DNA from: Octopus bimaculoides
Taxonomy: Eukaryota
DNA: 64,000 nucleotides
Assembly (NCBI RefSeq): GCF_001194135.2
Contig: NC_068988.1
Coordinates: 89,559,329-89,623,328, forward strand
Direction of reading: 5' to 3'
A model generated the notes under the pieces. That model had not been told where the DNA came from. It did not search any database and saw only the letters and a list, made by a program, of their open reading frames with translations. Of the stretch, positions 14,121-26,400 are shown piece by piece (within the stretch, counting starts at the first letter, position 1; every line of letters begins with the position of its first letter). The position numbers and the translations under genes are program-made.

Positions 14121-15129
14121 ATATTCTGCTCCGAGTGAAAGCAGAAGTTTATGTTTTGCACACCTTTGTTAAGTTCATGTTCATGCATGCGAGTGACCGT
14201 TGTTCAACTCCCTTATTATTCATCTAAGAAAAGGCACGCCAGTTTTTTTTTTTTTAAGTGTGTTATATTTAAGGTTTCCTGTTGAGATTATACAAACAAT
14301 TTATTCAAATTGAAATACAATATTCGATCTCATCTTCAAAACCACACTCTGCACAATTTTAACACTTTACACGCTATTCGTTAACAGAGTGTCACCAAAA
14401 GATAAATCCTCAACCATCGTTACTGTATAGCAATATATTTCCTATAGAGAACCAACACAACAATCGAACGCAACAACATTCGCCACCATTTCACAACACC
14501 CGACTGCACACTTTCACAATGCCCGGCTTCAAACAGTGGAAGCCACCCTACACTCTCCCCAGACATTTGAATGATCACAATCCTCCAAAACCACCCCACA
14601 GGACACACAGACAATTCATCTCCATTAACCCCACTTATCCAAATTATTATAACCGGCACACACAACTATCACATGATATTTTAATTAATTAATTTTTTTC
14701 ATAAACATTTATTTTTTGTTTAGATTTTCTTGAATAAAATTTAGCAATTTGGCAGACATTCTAAAAATCTTAAGTTCAATGTTGGTGGTTAAAATAGATG
14801 TAGCGAAGACGGAGGTGCTGCAGTGCTGTGTATTGGAAATGGAAAACTGAAAAATAACACGTACTCATAGTCAAACATAGACACACACAGACACACACAC
14901 AAATCCTCAATCACATACACACACACACACATACACGCACACATACCTAGATATATATATTCATATGGATATATATATCCATAAATATATATGCGCATGC
15001 ATATATATATATNNNNNNNNNNNNNNNNNNNNNNNNNNNNNNNNNNNNNNNNNNNNNNNNNNNNNNNNNNNNNNNNNNNNNNNNNNNNNNNNNNNNNNNN
15101 NNNNNTATATATATACATATGCATGCGCA

Positions 15130-16170
15130 TATATAGAGTAATTTAACAAAACGGAATTGCGACCTAGTGTCTGATGAAAATACTTGGCGCTTCCATCTTC
15201 AAGACTTCAGAACAGCAGTAACTGAGAAATGATACTCACCCTGACTTATAGACGATAGAATTAAGTGAATAAGCTTGCAAGAAATTAGGCATCAAAATAC
15301 TAAGGGAAACAAAACGCAACACGACGCCACTTCTCAAAATACTACCGTATATATCAACGCACAAGTCTAGAAACAATGAGGCATGCAACACTATTGTACA
15401 AAATTTACCTATGCTTACTGGGGATCCAAATATGAACAACATTTTGAAAACACATAAATTCATCAAATGCGAAAAGCAACACAAATCGCTGAAAAGACTT
15501 CTGACAAATGCGAAGTTTACAAAACAACCACGAAACTAATGGTTACAAATGTGGGCGTCCACTCTGTGTAACATGCCCCGGGCTGTATGAAGGCTCGGAA
15601 TTCTTATTCAAACAACGAGAAAGGTTCACAATTAAAACCAACTTCACATGTACCTCCGAGAATCTAATTTATGTTATAACTTGCTTCAGGTTCTGGACAT
15701 AACTATAGAGGGCAGACAAGTATAGCATTTAGAAAGAGAACTACTCTACATAAGGAACAAATCCGTTTAGCACAGTACAGTTTCCTTTGAGTGAACACAT
15801 GCAGAGATGCGCAAGTAATATCCAACCAACCTTCACAGTTTTCCCCATCTACCACTGAAAATAAACAAACCCTGAGCTGCAGGAAGGTTTGGAATTCCTA
15901 TTCAAACAAGGAGAGAGGTTTACAATTAAAACCAACGTCACTTGTGCCTCCGAGAATCTAAATTATGTTATAACTTGCTTCAGGTTGTGAACGTAAATAT
16001 ATATAAGGTAGACAAGTATGGCATTGAGAAGGAGAAGCACACTCCATAAGAAATAAATCCGTTTACCACAGTACAGACAGATTCCTTTGAGTGTTTCACA
16101 TAGAGAGATGTGCAAGTAATATCCAACCTTCACAATTTTCACCCATCTACCAGTGCAAATAAACAATTTC
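15130..16170 (+). mobile_element. Penelope-like element (PLE) fragment: RT C-terminus/linker plus GIY-YIG endonuclease, disrupted, with the EN region tandemly duplicated
   Basis: Manual translation gives EK*YSP*LIDDRIK, LPYISTHKSRN...IVQNLPMLTGDP...KSLKRLLTNAKF, CGRPLCVTCP...FTIKTNFTCTSENLIYVITC...YRGQTS...RKRTTLHKEQIR. These match the PLE linker and the GIY-YIG/CCHH layout. Stops and frameshifts are present. Confidence 0.88.
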
Positions 16171-16947
16171 TATACAAGGAAGTTTAAATAAAGTAATAAT
16201 TCCTTCTGTTTCTCTATACAATCATGATTTTTGATGAACTTAAAAGATGAACTTAAAATAATTATAAATTTATTCTACAGCCTATTTTGAACACTTTCAT
16301 GTAAACTGTTTAAACAAAAAGATCCACTTAACATTTTCTTATCATTGTCACGCATATATATATGCATATATANNNNNNNNNNNNNNNNNNNNNNNNNNNN
16401 NNNNNNNNNNNNNNNNNNNNNNNNNNNNNNNNNNNNNNNNNNNNNNNNNNNNNNNNNNNNNNNNNNNNNNNNNNNNNNNNNNNNNNNNNNNNNNNNNNNN
16501 NNNNNNNNNNNNNNNNNNNNNNNNNNNNNNNNNNNNNNNNNNNNNNNNNNNNNNNNNNNNNNNNNNNNNNNNNNNNNNNNNNNNNNNNNNNNNNNNNNNN
16601 NNNNNNNNNNNNNNNNNNNNNNNNNNNNNNNNNNNNNNNNNNNNNNNNNNNNNNNNNNNNNNNNNNNNNNNNNNNNNNNNNNNNNNNNNNNNNNNNNNNN
16701 NNNNNNNNNNNNNNNNNNNNNNNNNNNNNNNNNNNNNNNNNNNNNNNNNNNNNNNNNNNNNNNNNNNNNNNNNNNNNNNNNNNNNNNNNNNNNNNNNNNN
16801 NNNNNNNNNNNNNNNNNNNNNNNNNNNNNNNNNNNNNNNNNNNNNNNNNNNNNNNNNNNNNNNNNNNNNNNNNNNNNNNNNNNNNNNNNNTATATATATA
16901 GTTATTAATATTTCTAAGTCTCTCTATATATATCTGTGTGTGTATGT

Positions 16948-17002
<55 letters not shown>

Positions 17003-17039
17003 TATATACTTTTAGATGCCGTGTCGAACATGTTTTTCC

Positions 17040-17625
17040 ATTCTTGTAAGTCATGTTTTAACTTTATCTATTGTTTCGGTAAATACTTGTTTACATAGAT
17101 CTGTCTGATTTATTATTTGTCCTATACATTTGAAGTTTTTCCTTGCTCAACCTTCTGTCCATCTACCATTTCATTTGTTTCCTTTTGTTTTTCCTTACGC
17201 ATAATCATTGTCTTTGCTTTATATCCATTTTTATTTAGACATACCTTCTTACTTTGCTCTGTTACAACATCAATTATTCTGAAAATCCATTGTCGTCGTC
17301 TACTTATAAATGTCTATTACAAGCACAACTTATTTATGTTCATGCCTTCAACTGGTAGTCCTTTGGTCACATCTAACTCTCCGAAAATAAATTCAGTATA
17401 GATATTAACCAGCTAAGGTGTCAATATACATCCGTGTGTTACTCCTCTTTTCATCTTTGCGTGTTCCCATAATTCCTGGCTTATATTAATATCTACATTT
17501 TGGTTCCAGTGTAATACACAAATGTTTCTTCTGTCGTTTCCTTCAAAGCGGGCTGTTTCTCAAGAGGTGACCAGCTCACTGTAGTTCACAATGTCGAATA
17601 CCTTGTCATAATGACGGTCCCTAAA
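17040..17625 (-). mobile_element. RTE-clade LINE reverse transcriptase fragment (pseudogenised)
   Basis: Minus translation DKVFDIVNYSELV...NICVLHWNQNVDINI...KMKRGVTHGCILTP*LVNIYTEFIF...GMNINKL...KAKTMI resembles RT motifs DYEKAFD, KRGVRQGC(I/V)LSP and FNIY.E. A weaker continuation lies at 17845-18170, beyond a SINE insertion. Confidence 0.8.
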
Positions 17626-17663
17626 TACAACAGAATCTATGTCAACACGCAAGTTCACATTAA

Positions 17664-17842
17664 TTCCCAACCACATGGTGCCAGGTTCACTACCACATTG
17701 TTTCTTGTACTATAGCTTCCAAAGAGTTTCAATGGATCTGGCAGACAGACACTGGAAGCACTCGTCATATATATAAATATGTGTGTGTATATGTGTTTGT
17801 GGTAATGGTTGACAAACGGTGTTGGTTACTTTACATCCTCAG
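17664..17842 (+). mobile_element. Decayed SINE family B copy inserted in the RTE fragment
   Basis: CCCAACCACATGGTGCCAGGTTCAC...TACTATAGC...GGATCTGGCAGACAG matches the family B copies at 35633 and 39105. Confidence 0.65.
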
Positions 17843-18304
17843 TGAAGTAAAATCGTTGAGACGAGATGGCTTTTATACCAATAAGAACACAAGATGGGTA
17901 GTTTAGCTCTTAAACGTTTTAGTAAGATCTGATATTAGCGTCTCGCTTTTGGGGTTTAGATAAAGATCTGTCACTCAGGGATCTATTCAGGATAATACCA
18001 TTCTCTGATTTACGTTGTTCACATCTGCTAACGTTTCCATACTTTGTGATCTGTGCACAAATCTCCTTACCATTCGGCCTTCATTTTCAACTGCAGATGT
18101 AATCTGAATGTTTACTTGCGTAGTACTTGCCCTTGAAACTACTTGCATGTCAAAATAGCGCTCTTGACCCTGATGTTATGACTTGTTTAAATTTTGCTTC
18201 ATATACCATTCTCTTTCAGCTCTATATTTAAGAGATGAGGAATTATGTACATTATTTACACTTTTTATATTTGACGGATATTTGTCCTCATCTTGTTTGC
18301 TGTT

Positions 18305-18350
18305 AACACAACGTTTCGGCTGATATACCCTCCAACCTTCATCAGATGTT
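18305..18350 (-). ncRNA. Minimal type I hammerhead ribozyme motif in a Penelope-type terminal repeat
   Basis: Minus strand reads AACAT-CTGATGA-aGGTTGgagggtatatCAGCC-GAAAC-GTT-GTGTT. Core CUGAUGA and GAAA are intact, stem I is AACAT/GTGTT, stem II is GGTTG/CAGCC, stem III is the palindrome AACGTT, and the triplet is GUU. Confidence 0.75.
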
Positions 18351-18431
18351 TCGGGGAAATTTCGAACCTGGGTTCTCATTCCTATGGTATGTTTTTGATG
18401 AGATCCACAACCTAGTGCTGGATCAGGACAT

Positions 18432-18446
18432 TTATTATTATTATTA

Positions 18447-18526
<80 letters not shown>
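18432..18526. repeat. (ATT)n microsatellite
   Basis: Directly visible, near-perfect run. Confidence 0.97.
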
Positions 18527-18601
18527 CCAGATCACTGCCTAGAATCAAACTCGGAATTTTGGGGTTAGTAGCACGCGCTATTAACCGCTACGCTATATGC
18601 C
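18527..18601 (-). promoter_or_regulatory. tRNA-like Pol III internal promoter (SINE-type head)
   Basis: Minus strand A-box TAGCGTAGCGG (18595-18585) fits TRGCNNAGYGG; B-box GTTTGATTC (18550-18542) is one base from GTTCRANNC; the boxes are 34 nt apart. Confidence 0.7.
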
Positions 18602-18611
18602 TATATGCATG

Positions 18612-18757
18612 GAAAAATACCTGAAGAATATGAACCCAGGTTCGAAACTTCCCCAAGACACCTGATGAAGGCTGGAAAATATATCAACCAAAATGCTGTG
18701 TTAACAACAAACAAGATGAAGACAAATATCCGTCAAATATAAATAATGTAAATAATG
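18612..18757 (+). repeat. Inverted, decayed second copy of the hammerhead-bearing repeat
   Basis: Matches the reverse complement of about 18247-18395. It keeps GACAC-CTGATGA (18662-18668), but GAAA has become AAAA and stem III is altered. Confidence 0.8.
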
Positions 18758-20063
18758 ACCATGCTCTTTGTATTGCAGAATTTACTTGGTGGTCGTGCGC
18801 CTTCTTCCTATAAAAACAGACGTCTTCATCATTTGAGGTCGTCTTATACGGAAATATTGCCCTCACATTTCACTACAAATAAATGTTATCCTTAAGATTT
18901 AGCCCGTTACAAATGTTTTCTATATGCATGCCTTCAAGGGAGTATTTTGTGTACTATACATTACATGACACTTGGTTGTGGGGTGAAGATTACACAGACA
19001 CTTTCTCTGGGATCTAGGTTAGGTACATGGCAATATTCACTTTGGAGCATTATCCGTCTCTGCAGTACAAATAAACATGAATACATGTATTCACTATTGC
19101 CAGGGGAAAAGTGTTTCCCTTTATTTAAACAAGAAATGTCACAGTTCCAGTACCGGCCCACATTAAACAAATGAACTTGAATTTTTTCCACCACCAATCT
19201 GACTGTGACATCAAATTCGTCGCACGATCAATCATTAAATATCTCTTACAAAATTTCTTGAGTTTTATTACGATATAGCTTACATCCACCCATTCTCTCT
19301 ATTCCCAAAATCTGAATTAAACATAATACTCAGTTTCATAATCCACTTTTCCATGTACAAAACGTAACTGATCCCTTACAATATAGAATAGTTTCAATTA
19401 TTTTTAATAATGATTTTACTTTCAATTTTCATATTTTTTCATTACATTCTTATACAGATGATTTTAATAACGTATTCGGTAATGCTCATAAATAACAAAT
19501 ATCTCCAGTTGAGAAGAGAAAGCGTACTACACGTAATTGAACTTGCAAACAAAACCCCAACAATTGCTTACATTCTACAATGCTCCATCATTAGTGAATG
19601 TATGTTTTATACAGAAAAAACATTCTCGTGTTCCGAAAAACTAGGGTAAAGTTCATTTTAACATGGCTGACGTTTTCAGCAAACCTGATAAAATGTCTGA
19701 AGATTTAAATAGGGAAGGTGGTATTAATCCCATTTAACTTAATTCGACATAAAGCAGGAGATTATCTGAAGCTTGGTGTAGCCTACTTCAGATGAAATTT
19801 CGTAATACGTGTGCGTGAGTGTATGTGCATGTGTGTGTATGCGCATGTGTGTGTATGCGAGTGTGTGTGTATGTGTATGTGCGTGAACGCACTAGTATGC
19901 CTGCATGAGTCAATGAGTGCATGTATGTTTAAGCGCGTGCACACACTCACATACAGACAGATGCACTAAGTATACATATATACAAACACACACACACACA
20001 CACATATACACATATATCTATATTTGTGCCACTCTGTCTATTTCCTTTACTTTGCTTCTCTTA

Positions 20064-20094
<31 letters not shown>

Positions 20095-20229
20095 GCTGTC
20101 AGTCTTTCTCTCTTACCCTCCTCCAAGTATCACGTGATCCGTGACGGCCTAAGGCGGTATCATTTTTGTTCACATTGCCTTCGACCGGACTGGACAAGAC
20201 TTTGTGAGCTCCTCGCTTCTTTTAATTTC

Positions 20230-20280
<51 letters not shown>

Positions 20281-20792
20281 TCTCTTTCTCTCTCTCTTAC
20301 TTTCTCAGTAACCTTCCTCCCACTATCACATGATGCGTGACGGCCTAAGGCGGTGTCATTGCATTCGACCGGACTTCTCAAGATGTTCTAATCTCCTAGC
20401 TAAAACCCCCACCGCACCCACAGCCACCATCTCTATAGTCCTTTAAGACAGTTTTTCATTTCTTATTCACGTTTCCCATTTTGGTCTCGTGTTGCAGCTC
20501 TGAGGCTTTTTTTTTTTTTTGTTGTATATGTATTATTATCATCTTAATTAATTTCTTCGTGTATCCTTAAGCATTTATTCTGTTTATTGTCTTGTCCTTC
20601 GTCCGTCTCGAGCCCATCTAGTTTTGCTATGTTTTTGTCCTATTCCCGGTGCTTCCAGAGTAAACGATACTTGCCGAAATTTCACTCGGCCCTCTGGCCG
20701 TTAACGGAAGAGGATTTGGTGACCAATGTTTTACGGTCGTCTGTGTATTTAGTATATGCTTGTATGTCTATTTACTACACGTTTTTTTTTTA

Positions 20793-20843
<51 letters not shown>

Positions 20844-21536
20844 GTATGTTTGTATATATGTATNNNNNNNNNNTATGTATGCATGTATGTATGTATGTAT
20901 GTATGTATGTGTGTATGCATGTATGTATGTATGTATGTATGCCATATTTTACGTTTGTCTTTTTATTTAATCCTGAAAATATATTTGTATGTATATATGT
21001 CTGTATGTATGTATTCATTCATTCTCGAATAAAGATTTGCATATCTAAATAGATACATATATACTTACAAACACATGTGCATGTGGTTGAGTATTTAAGA
21101 TTTAAGCTAATTGCTATACATAAATAAATGTTAGAGCACATAGAATAACTGAATAATAGAGTCAAACGTGAAACGGAGAAACATTATCACCGCTCTTCTT
21201 GAATTTCCAAATGCCTAATGTCTTAAGTGAAATTCAAATTCATTGAAAATGTAAAATCTAGAGATTACCGTAAAAGATAATCTGTGTGTCTTTATTTCTC
21301 CTACCCTAGCATACTAAATCTTTGTTCGTATAGACGTTACGTAATTTCGGTGACGTCATTCTACCGCAATCTCTATAAGGAAATACAATACGCAAAATTG
21401 CCAATAAGGATGCTGTTTCTCTATTGCTTGTGAGCGAGTGTGTATTTCTGTGCACGTGAGTATATATTCACTAAACGTTTCAGACATTCTATATACCTTT
21501 AAATGGTTTTAAAATTATATTATGTATAACTGCCTA

Positions 21537-21539
21537 TCC

Positions 21540-21595
<56 letters not shown>

Positions 21596-21600
21596 GTCTG
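21537..21600. repeat. (TATC)n microsatellite (others at 52668-52724 and 54282-54462)
   Basis: Directly visible. Confidence 0.95.
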
Positions 21601-22265
21601 TCTCTCTNNNNNNNNNNNNNNNNNNNNNNNNNNNNNNNNNNNNNNNNNNNNNNNNNNNNNNNNNNNNNNNNNNNNNNNNNNNNNNNNNNNNNNNNNNNNN
21701 NNNNNNNNNNNNNNNNNNNNNNNNNNNNNNNNNNNNNNNNNNNNNNNNNNNNNNNNNNNNNNNNNNNNNNNNNNNNNNNNNNNNNNNNNNNNNNNNNNNN
21801 NNNNNNNNNNNNNNNNNNNNNNNNNNNNNNNNNNNNNNNNNNNNNNNNNNNNNNNNNNNNNNNNNNNNNNNNNNNNNNNNNNNNNNNNNNNNNNNNNNNN
21901 NNNNNNNNNNNNNNNNNNNNNNNNNNNNNNNNNNNNNNNNNNNNNNNNNNNNNNNNNNNNNNNNNNNNNNNNNNNNNNNNNNNNNNNNNNNNNNNNNNNN
22001 NNNNNNNNNNNNNNNNNNNNNNNNNNNNNNNNNNNNNNNNNNNNNNNNNNNNNNNNNNNNNNNNNNNNNNNNNNNNNNNNNNNNNNNNNNNNNNNNNNNN
22101 NNNNNNNNNNNNNNNNNNNNNNNNNNNNNNNNNNNNNNNNNNNNNNNNNNNNNNNNNNNNNNNNNNNNNNNNNNNNNNNNNNNNNNNNNNNNNNNNNNNN
22201 NNNNNNNNNNNNNNNNNNNNNNNNNNNNNNNNNNNNNNNNNNNNNNNNNNNNNNNNNNNNNNNAC

Positions 22266-22420
22266 CAGCAACAGTTGCTTCACCACATACCGAAGTTCAG
22301 AAATAGCAGCTAAAATGCTGAAACTCCAACAGATAGCATTACTTGTAACTCACAAAGTGGAGTCTCAGCATTTTAGCTGCTATTTCTGAACTTCGGTATG
22401 TGGTGAAGCAACTGTTGCTG
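22266..22420. repeat. Near-perfect inverted repeat (63-bp arms, 29-nt loop); possible MITE or foldback element
   Basis: 22266-22328 is the reverse complement of 22358-22420 at 62 of 63 positions. Confidence 0.9.
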
Positions 22421-22480
22421 ATCCCTTAATTGTTTATAAATATATATATTTATATATATATGCATACATATGTATATTTA

Positions 22481-22527
<47 letters not shown>

Positions 22528-22576
22528 TTATTTCTATATGCGTACATACATATATACATATATATATATATACATA

Positions 22577-22609
<33 letters not shown>

Positions 22610-22619
22610 TAATATATAC

Positions 22620-23245
22620 ATATGTGCCTACATATCTGTGCAGTTTTTCTTTAATATTTTTATTACTTTTCAAAATTAAGATATACAAATTTCTTTTTTA
22701 ATCTAAAGTATACTCTATGTCACTTTCTACACTGGTCTTCCATCTCTCTGGTAGACTTGCAAAGGCCTTCTTCCAAAATTCATTTGTCTGTGACGAAAAA
22801 TACTCCTCCAATACTGTTCTGACTTGGTATACAGAATTCACATTTTGTCCGTCGAAATGATTCTGAAGACTGCAGAATAAATGATAATCAGATGGGGCAA
22901 TGTCCGGCGAATATGGTAGCGGGATATCGTTTCCCATTCAAACTGCTGCAGCCTTTACAATGTTATCCTCGTTGTATGTGGCCGAGCATTATCCTGATGG
23001 AAGAACTCTTTTCGACTTGGAACCGAATGTGGTCGTTTTTCTTCTAGCGCTTATTTAAGCCGCTCAAGCCGCTTGCAGTGAATTTCCTTTCTTATCGTTT
23101 GCTTTAAGTTTAAAAGTTCAGAGTGGACTAAACCTTTCATTTCCCACCAAAAATATAACACATTACGTGGATGAATACTTTCTTTAACCTGGGGTACCGG
23201 TGTTAATCCTTTCCCTCCCCCACTGTCTTCAGCGCTTAACATTTT
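22620..23245 (-). mobile_element. mariner (DD34D) transposase 3' fragment
   Basis: Minus translations HPRNVLYFWWEMKGLVHSELL, FFHQDNARPH and PYSPDIAPSDYHLFCSLQNHFDG...LPERWKT are classic mariner motifs, with frameshifts. Confidence 0.9.
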
Positions 23246-23269
23246 TATGGAGGATCCATTTTTCGCCAG

Positions 23270-24464
23270 CAGTCACAATTCGGTCTACAAAATTTATACA
23301 ATAAAATATCGGCATTGGCTTCAACCACGGCGTCGAGTTGACTCTGGATCCTGCTGCAACTACTCCGGACAGTTTTGTTGTTGGTCAATGCTGCCATCAT
23401 CCTTACCTTCAGTTCATCTTTGGTGTTTAAATGTAATTTGCTGGCATCTCGCTCAGCTACGCACCACACAATAATCAAGGGGGTTGCAGTCTGTGGAGTA
23501 AGGTGGCTAGATGTTGGGTGTGATGTGGCCGCAGAAATTGTCTGACAGCCATGACTGGGTTCTCCTGCTTGTGTGGCATGGTGCACAGTCCTGTTGGCAG
23601 ACATAGGATCTCCCAGCAGCCAACCTCTTCACCCAAGGCAGCAGTACCCCCTCCAGGCATTTGATGTAGGCCCTCATGTTGAGTCTAAGGCCTTATGGGA
23701 AGATGAATAGAAGCATATCGTAGCCGTTACTACTGATCAATCCAAAGACCATGATGTTGACTACATGTTTGATTTTTATCACTTACGGTACATGTTTTTG
23801 CCACAGGGCAAGCCAACGTCCTTTCCTTGCAGAAAATGTTCTCGTCTAAGAAAAAACAAGGCATATTCGGTTGGAGGGGGATGCTTCAGCTTGTTCAAAA
23901 GCTTCGTAGCGCGGTCTTTCGTATTCTCCTTGGTGGCTCGGGACAAAAATTGGCCCTTTCTTATATTGTATGAGGAATACCGAATGTCTTGATGCACTAC
24001 CTGCCTGATAAGAAACTCAGACACTTCCATATCCCTGACAGTGGACCTGATTGATTTCGAGGGGTCGTTGTCAATCATGGGCTGGTTCTCACCAACAAAT
24101 TCAGGTGTTTTTTTTCTTATCAGAACGTTAAGAGAGAGTTTTCCGAACTGCCGTAACTTCGTAATCGAAATTAGACTCATCCAACTCTTTCTGAATTCCC
24201 TGAAATATCCTCAGTTTAAAACCCAAACACTCTGAAATATTCGTATTGGAGCTCCTGGCCCGAATGCCAAGCAGTACAGCATTTCGGTTCCAAATTTCTT
24301 GCAGATTGAAGTGCGTCAGAGTGAATTACGTGAATTGGTGCTGGTATTCTCACACTGTGCCCAAAAGACCCTACTATACTGGGTAGTCTACGGAATAAAA
24401 AAACAAACAATGCGCATGCGCAACATAAAATACAAAGTTGCAACAATTTACTCATCGCATCCCG
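23270..24464 (-). mobile_element. maT (DD37D) Tc1/mariner element, decayed, nearly full length
   Basis: NAVLLGIRA..., MIDNDPSKSIRS...RYSSYNIRKGQFLS, and QQDCAPCHTSRRTQSWLSDNFCGHITPNI*PPYSTDCNPLD (37 residues between the Ds). Putative 5' terminus CGGGATGCGATGAGTAAATTG is next to TA at 24465-24466. Confidence 0.88.
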
Positions 24465-25134
24465 TATGTGTGTGTGTGTGTCTATATGTCTGTACTTGTG
24501 TGTGTATGTTTGTGTTTGTGTCTGCATTTGTGTGTGTGTGTATGTGTGTGTATGTGTGTGTGCGTGTGTGGTCTGTTTACGTGTGTGTGTGAGAGAATAT
24601 TCTTATTTGCTATCATCCAATTACTGTATGTACACTTTCTCAAACTTCGTCTTTTTAATTCTCCAATTAGTGAGGGAATAAAGATGTCGGTTTTTAGAAG
24701 CCCTCTCGCAAGCATTTATATCGAATAGAACGGTATGTATAGAATAGTTAGCATGCTAGTATAATGAAAATAATACAGGACATCGTACTCTTTTTCTATT
24801 CATTTTCCAGAAAATAATGGGATGATTGGCTTCTTTCAAGCGCATATTTCTTCTTTTTTATTTAATAGCGTCTTGCAAAATTATTAATCTGTATTGAAGC
24901 TGCTTGCAGAACACCGTATATACTGCAAATCATATTGTCAAACAATCTATAGGGAAGTAACCAACTGAGGGAATTTTGTGTATGAGATAAAACATCCTAA
25001 ATTAATGATGTTATAGTTAGATGAAATATCAGTCGTAACGAAAAACTTGAATTCTCATGAATGAGGAAACAATAAAAAGATGATTGGCAGTAGGTATGCG
25101 GGCGCGACATACCTCCATGTACTTATATATATAC

Positions 25135-25204
<70 letters not shown>

Positions 25205-25647
25205 NNNNNNNNNNNNNNNNNNNNNNNNNNNNNNNNNNNNNNNNNNNNNNNNNNNNNNNNNNNNNNNNNNNNNNNNNNNNNNNNNNNNNNNNNNNNNNNN
25301 NNNNNNNNNNNNNNNNNNNNNNNNNNNNNNNNNNNNNNNNNNNNNNNNNNNNNNNNNNNNNNNNNNNNNNNNNNNNNNNNNNNNNNNNNNNNNNNNNNNN
25401 NNNNNNNNNNNNNNNNNNNNNNNNNNNNNNNNNNNNNNNNNNNNNNNNNNNNNNNNNNNNNNNNNNNNNNNNNNNNNNNNNNNNNNNNNNNNNNNNNNNN
25501 NNNNNNNNNNNNNNNNNNNNNNNNNNNNNNNNNNNNNNNNNNNNNNNNNNNNNNNNNNNNNNNNNNNNNNNNNNNNNNNNNNNNNNNNNNNNNNNNNNNN
25601 NNNNNNNNNNNNNNNNNNNNNNNNNNNNNNNNNNNNNNNNNNNNNNN

Positions 25648-25701
<54 letters not shown>

Positions 25702-26400
25702 CACATATATATGTGTGTGTATGTATGTATGTATGTATATATCACCTCGTGACAATCTAAAGAACCATTTATTGTGACAATTTCCTTACAACGATGATAA
25801 ACATGTTTCAGGAAATATATCGCAAATTAGAAATTTACAAATTAAGTTTCGTGCTGAGAAATGAAATAAATATTGTAAATAGCATAAGAAAAATAATAAA
25901 TGATAGAAGTATTTCGTTGGTTTGACGCTATTCTAGTTAGCACTAGGATATTACAACGTCACTAAAAAGACTTTTTCTTCTAACTCGTGGTTTCGTTCAT
26001 TTTATTTAATTCATTATCAAAGTTTTTTTTTTTTTTTTTTTTTTTTTTCTTTTTTCTACTTTCGAAAATGACTAAAAGTTACTAAAGTAATAAGTAATAA
26101 CATTGTTGGTGTCGTTTCCCTCCAGAAAATTCTGTCGTTATTCTGGTATTGTTTCTTGTTTCCAATGTAAGAAGGAATTTTTTTTTTCATATCAGTATTT
26201 TCACATAAATTCCCGGACGCAGACGAAATCTCCGTTATCACAGTAACGTAACTTAATCCTTTATGTAATGATTATTGTCTAGACGAAATCAGTCTGCACA
26301 CCTACAAATATATATATGTACATACATACATACATACATACATACACACACACACACGCACACACATACACACACACACGCACACATACACACATATATA

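Noticed and set aside
15234-15484. Minus-strand ORF ending at a GTGAGT donor
   Set aside because: It is the antisense of the PLE coding sequence.
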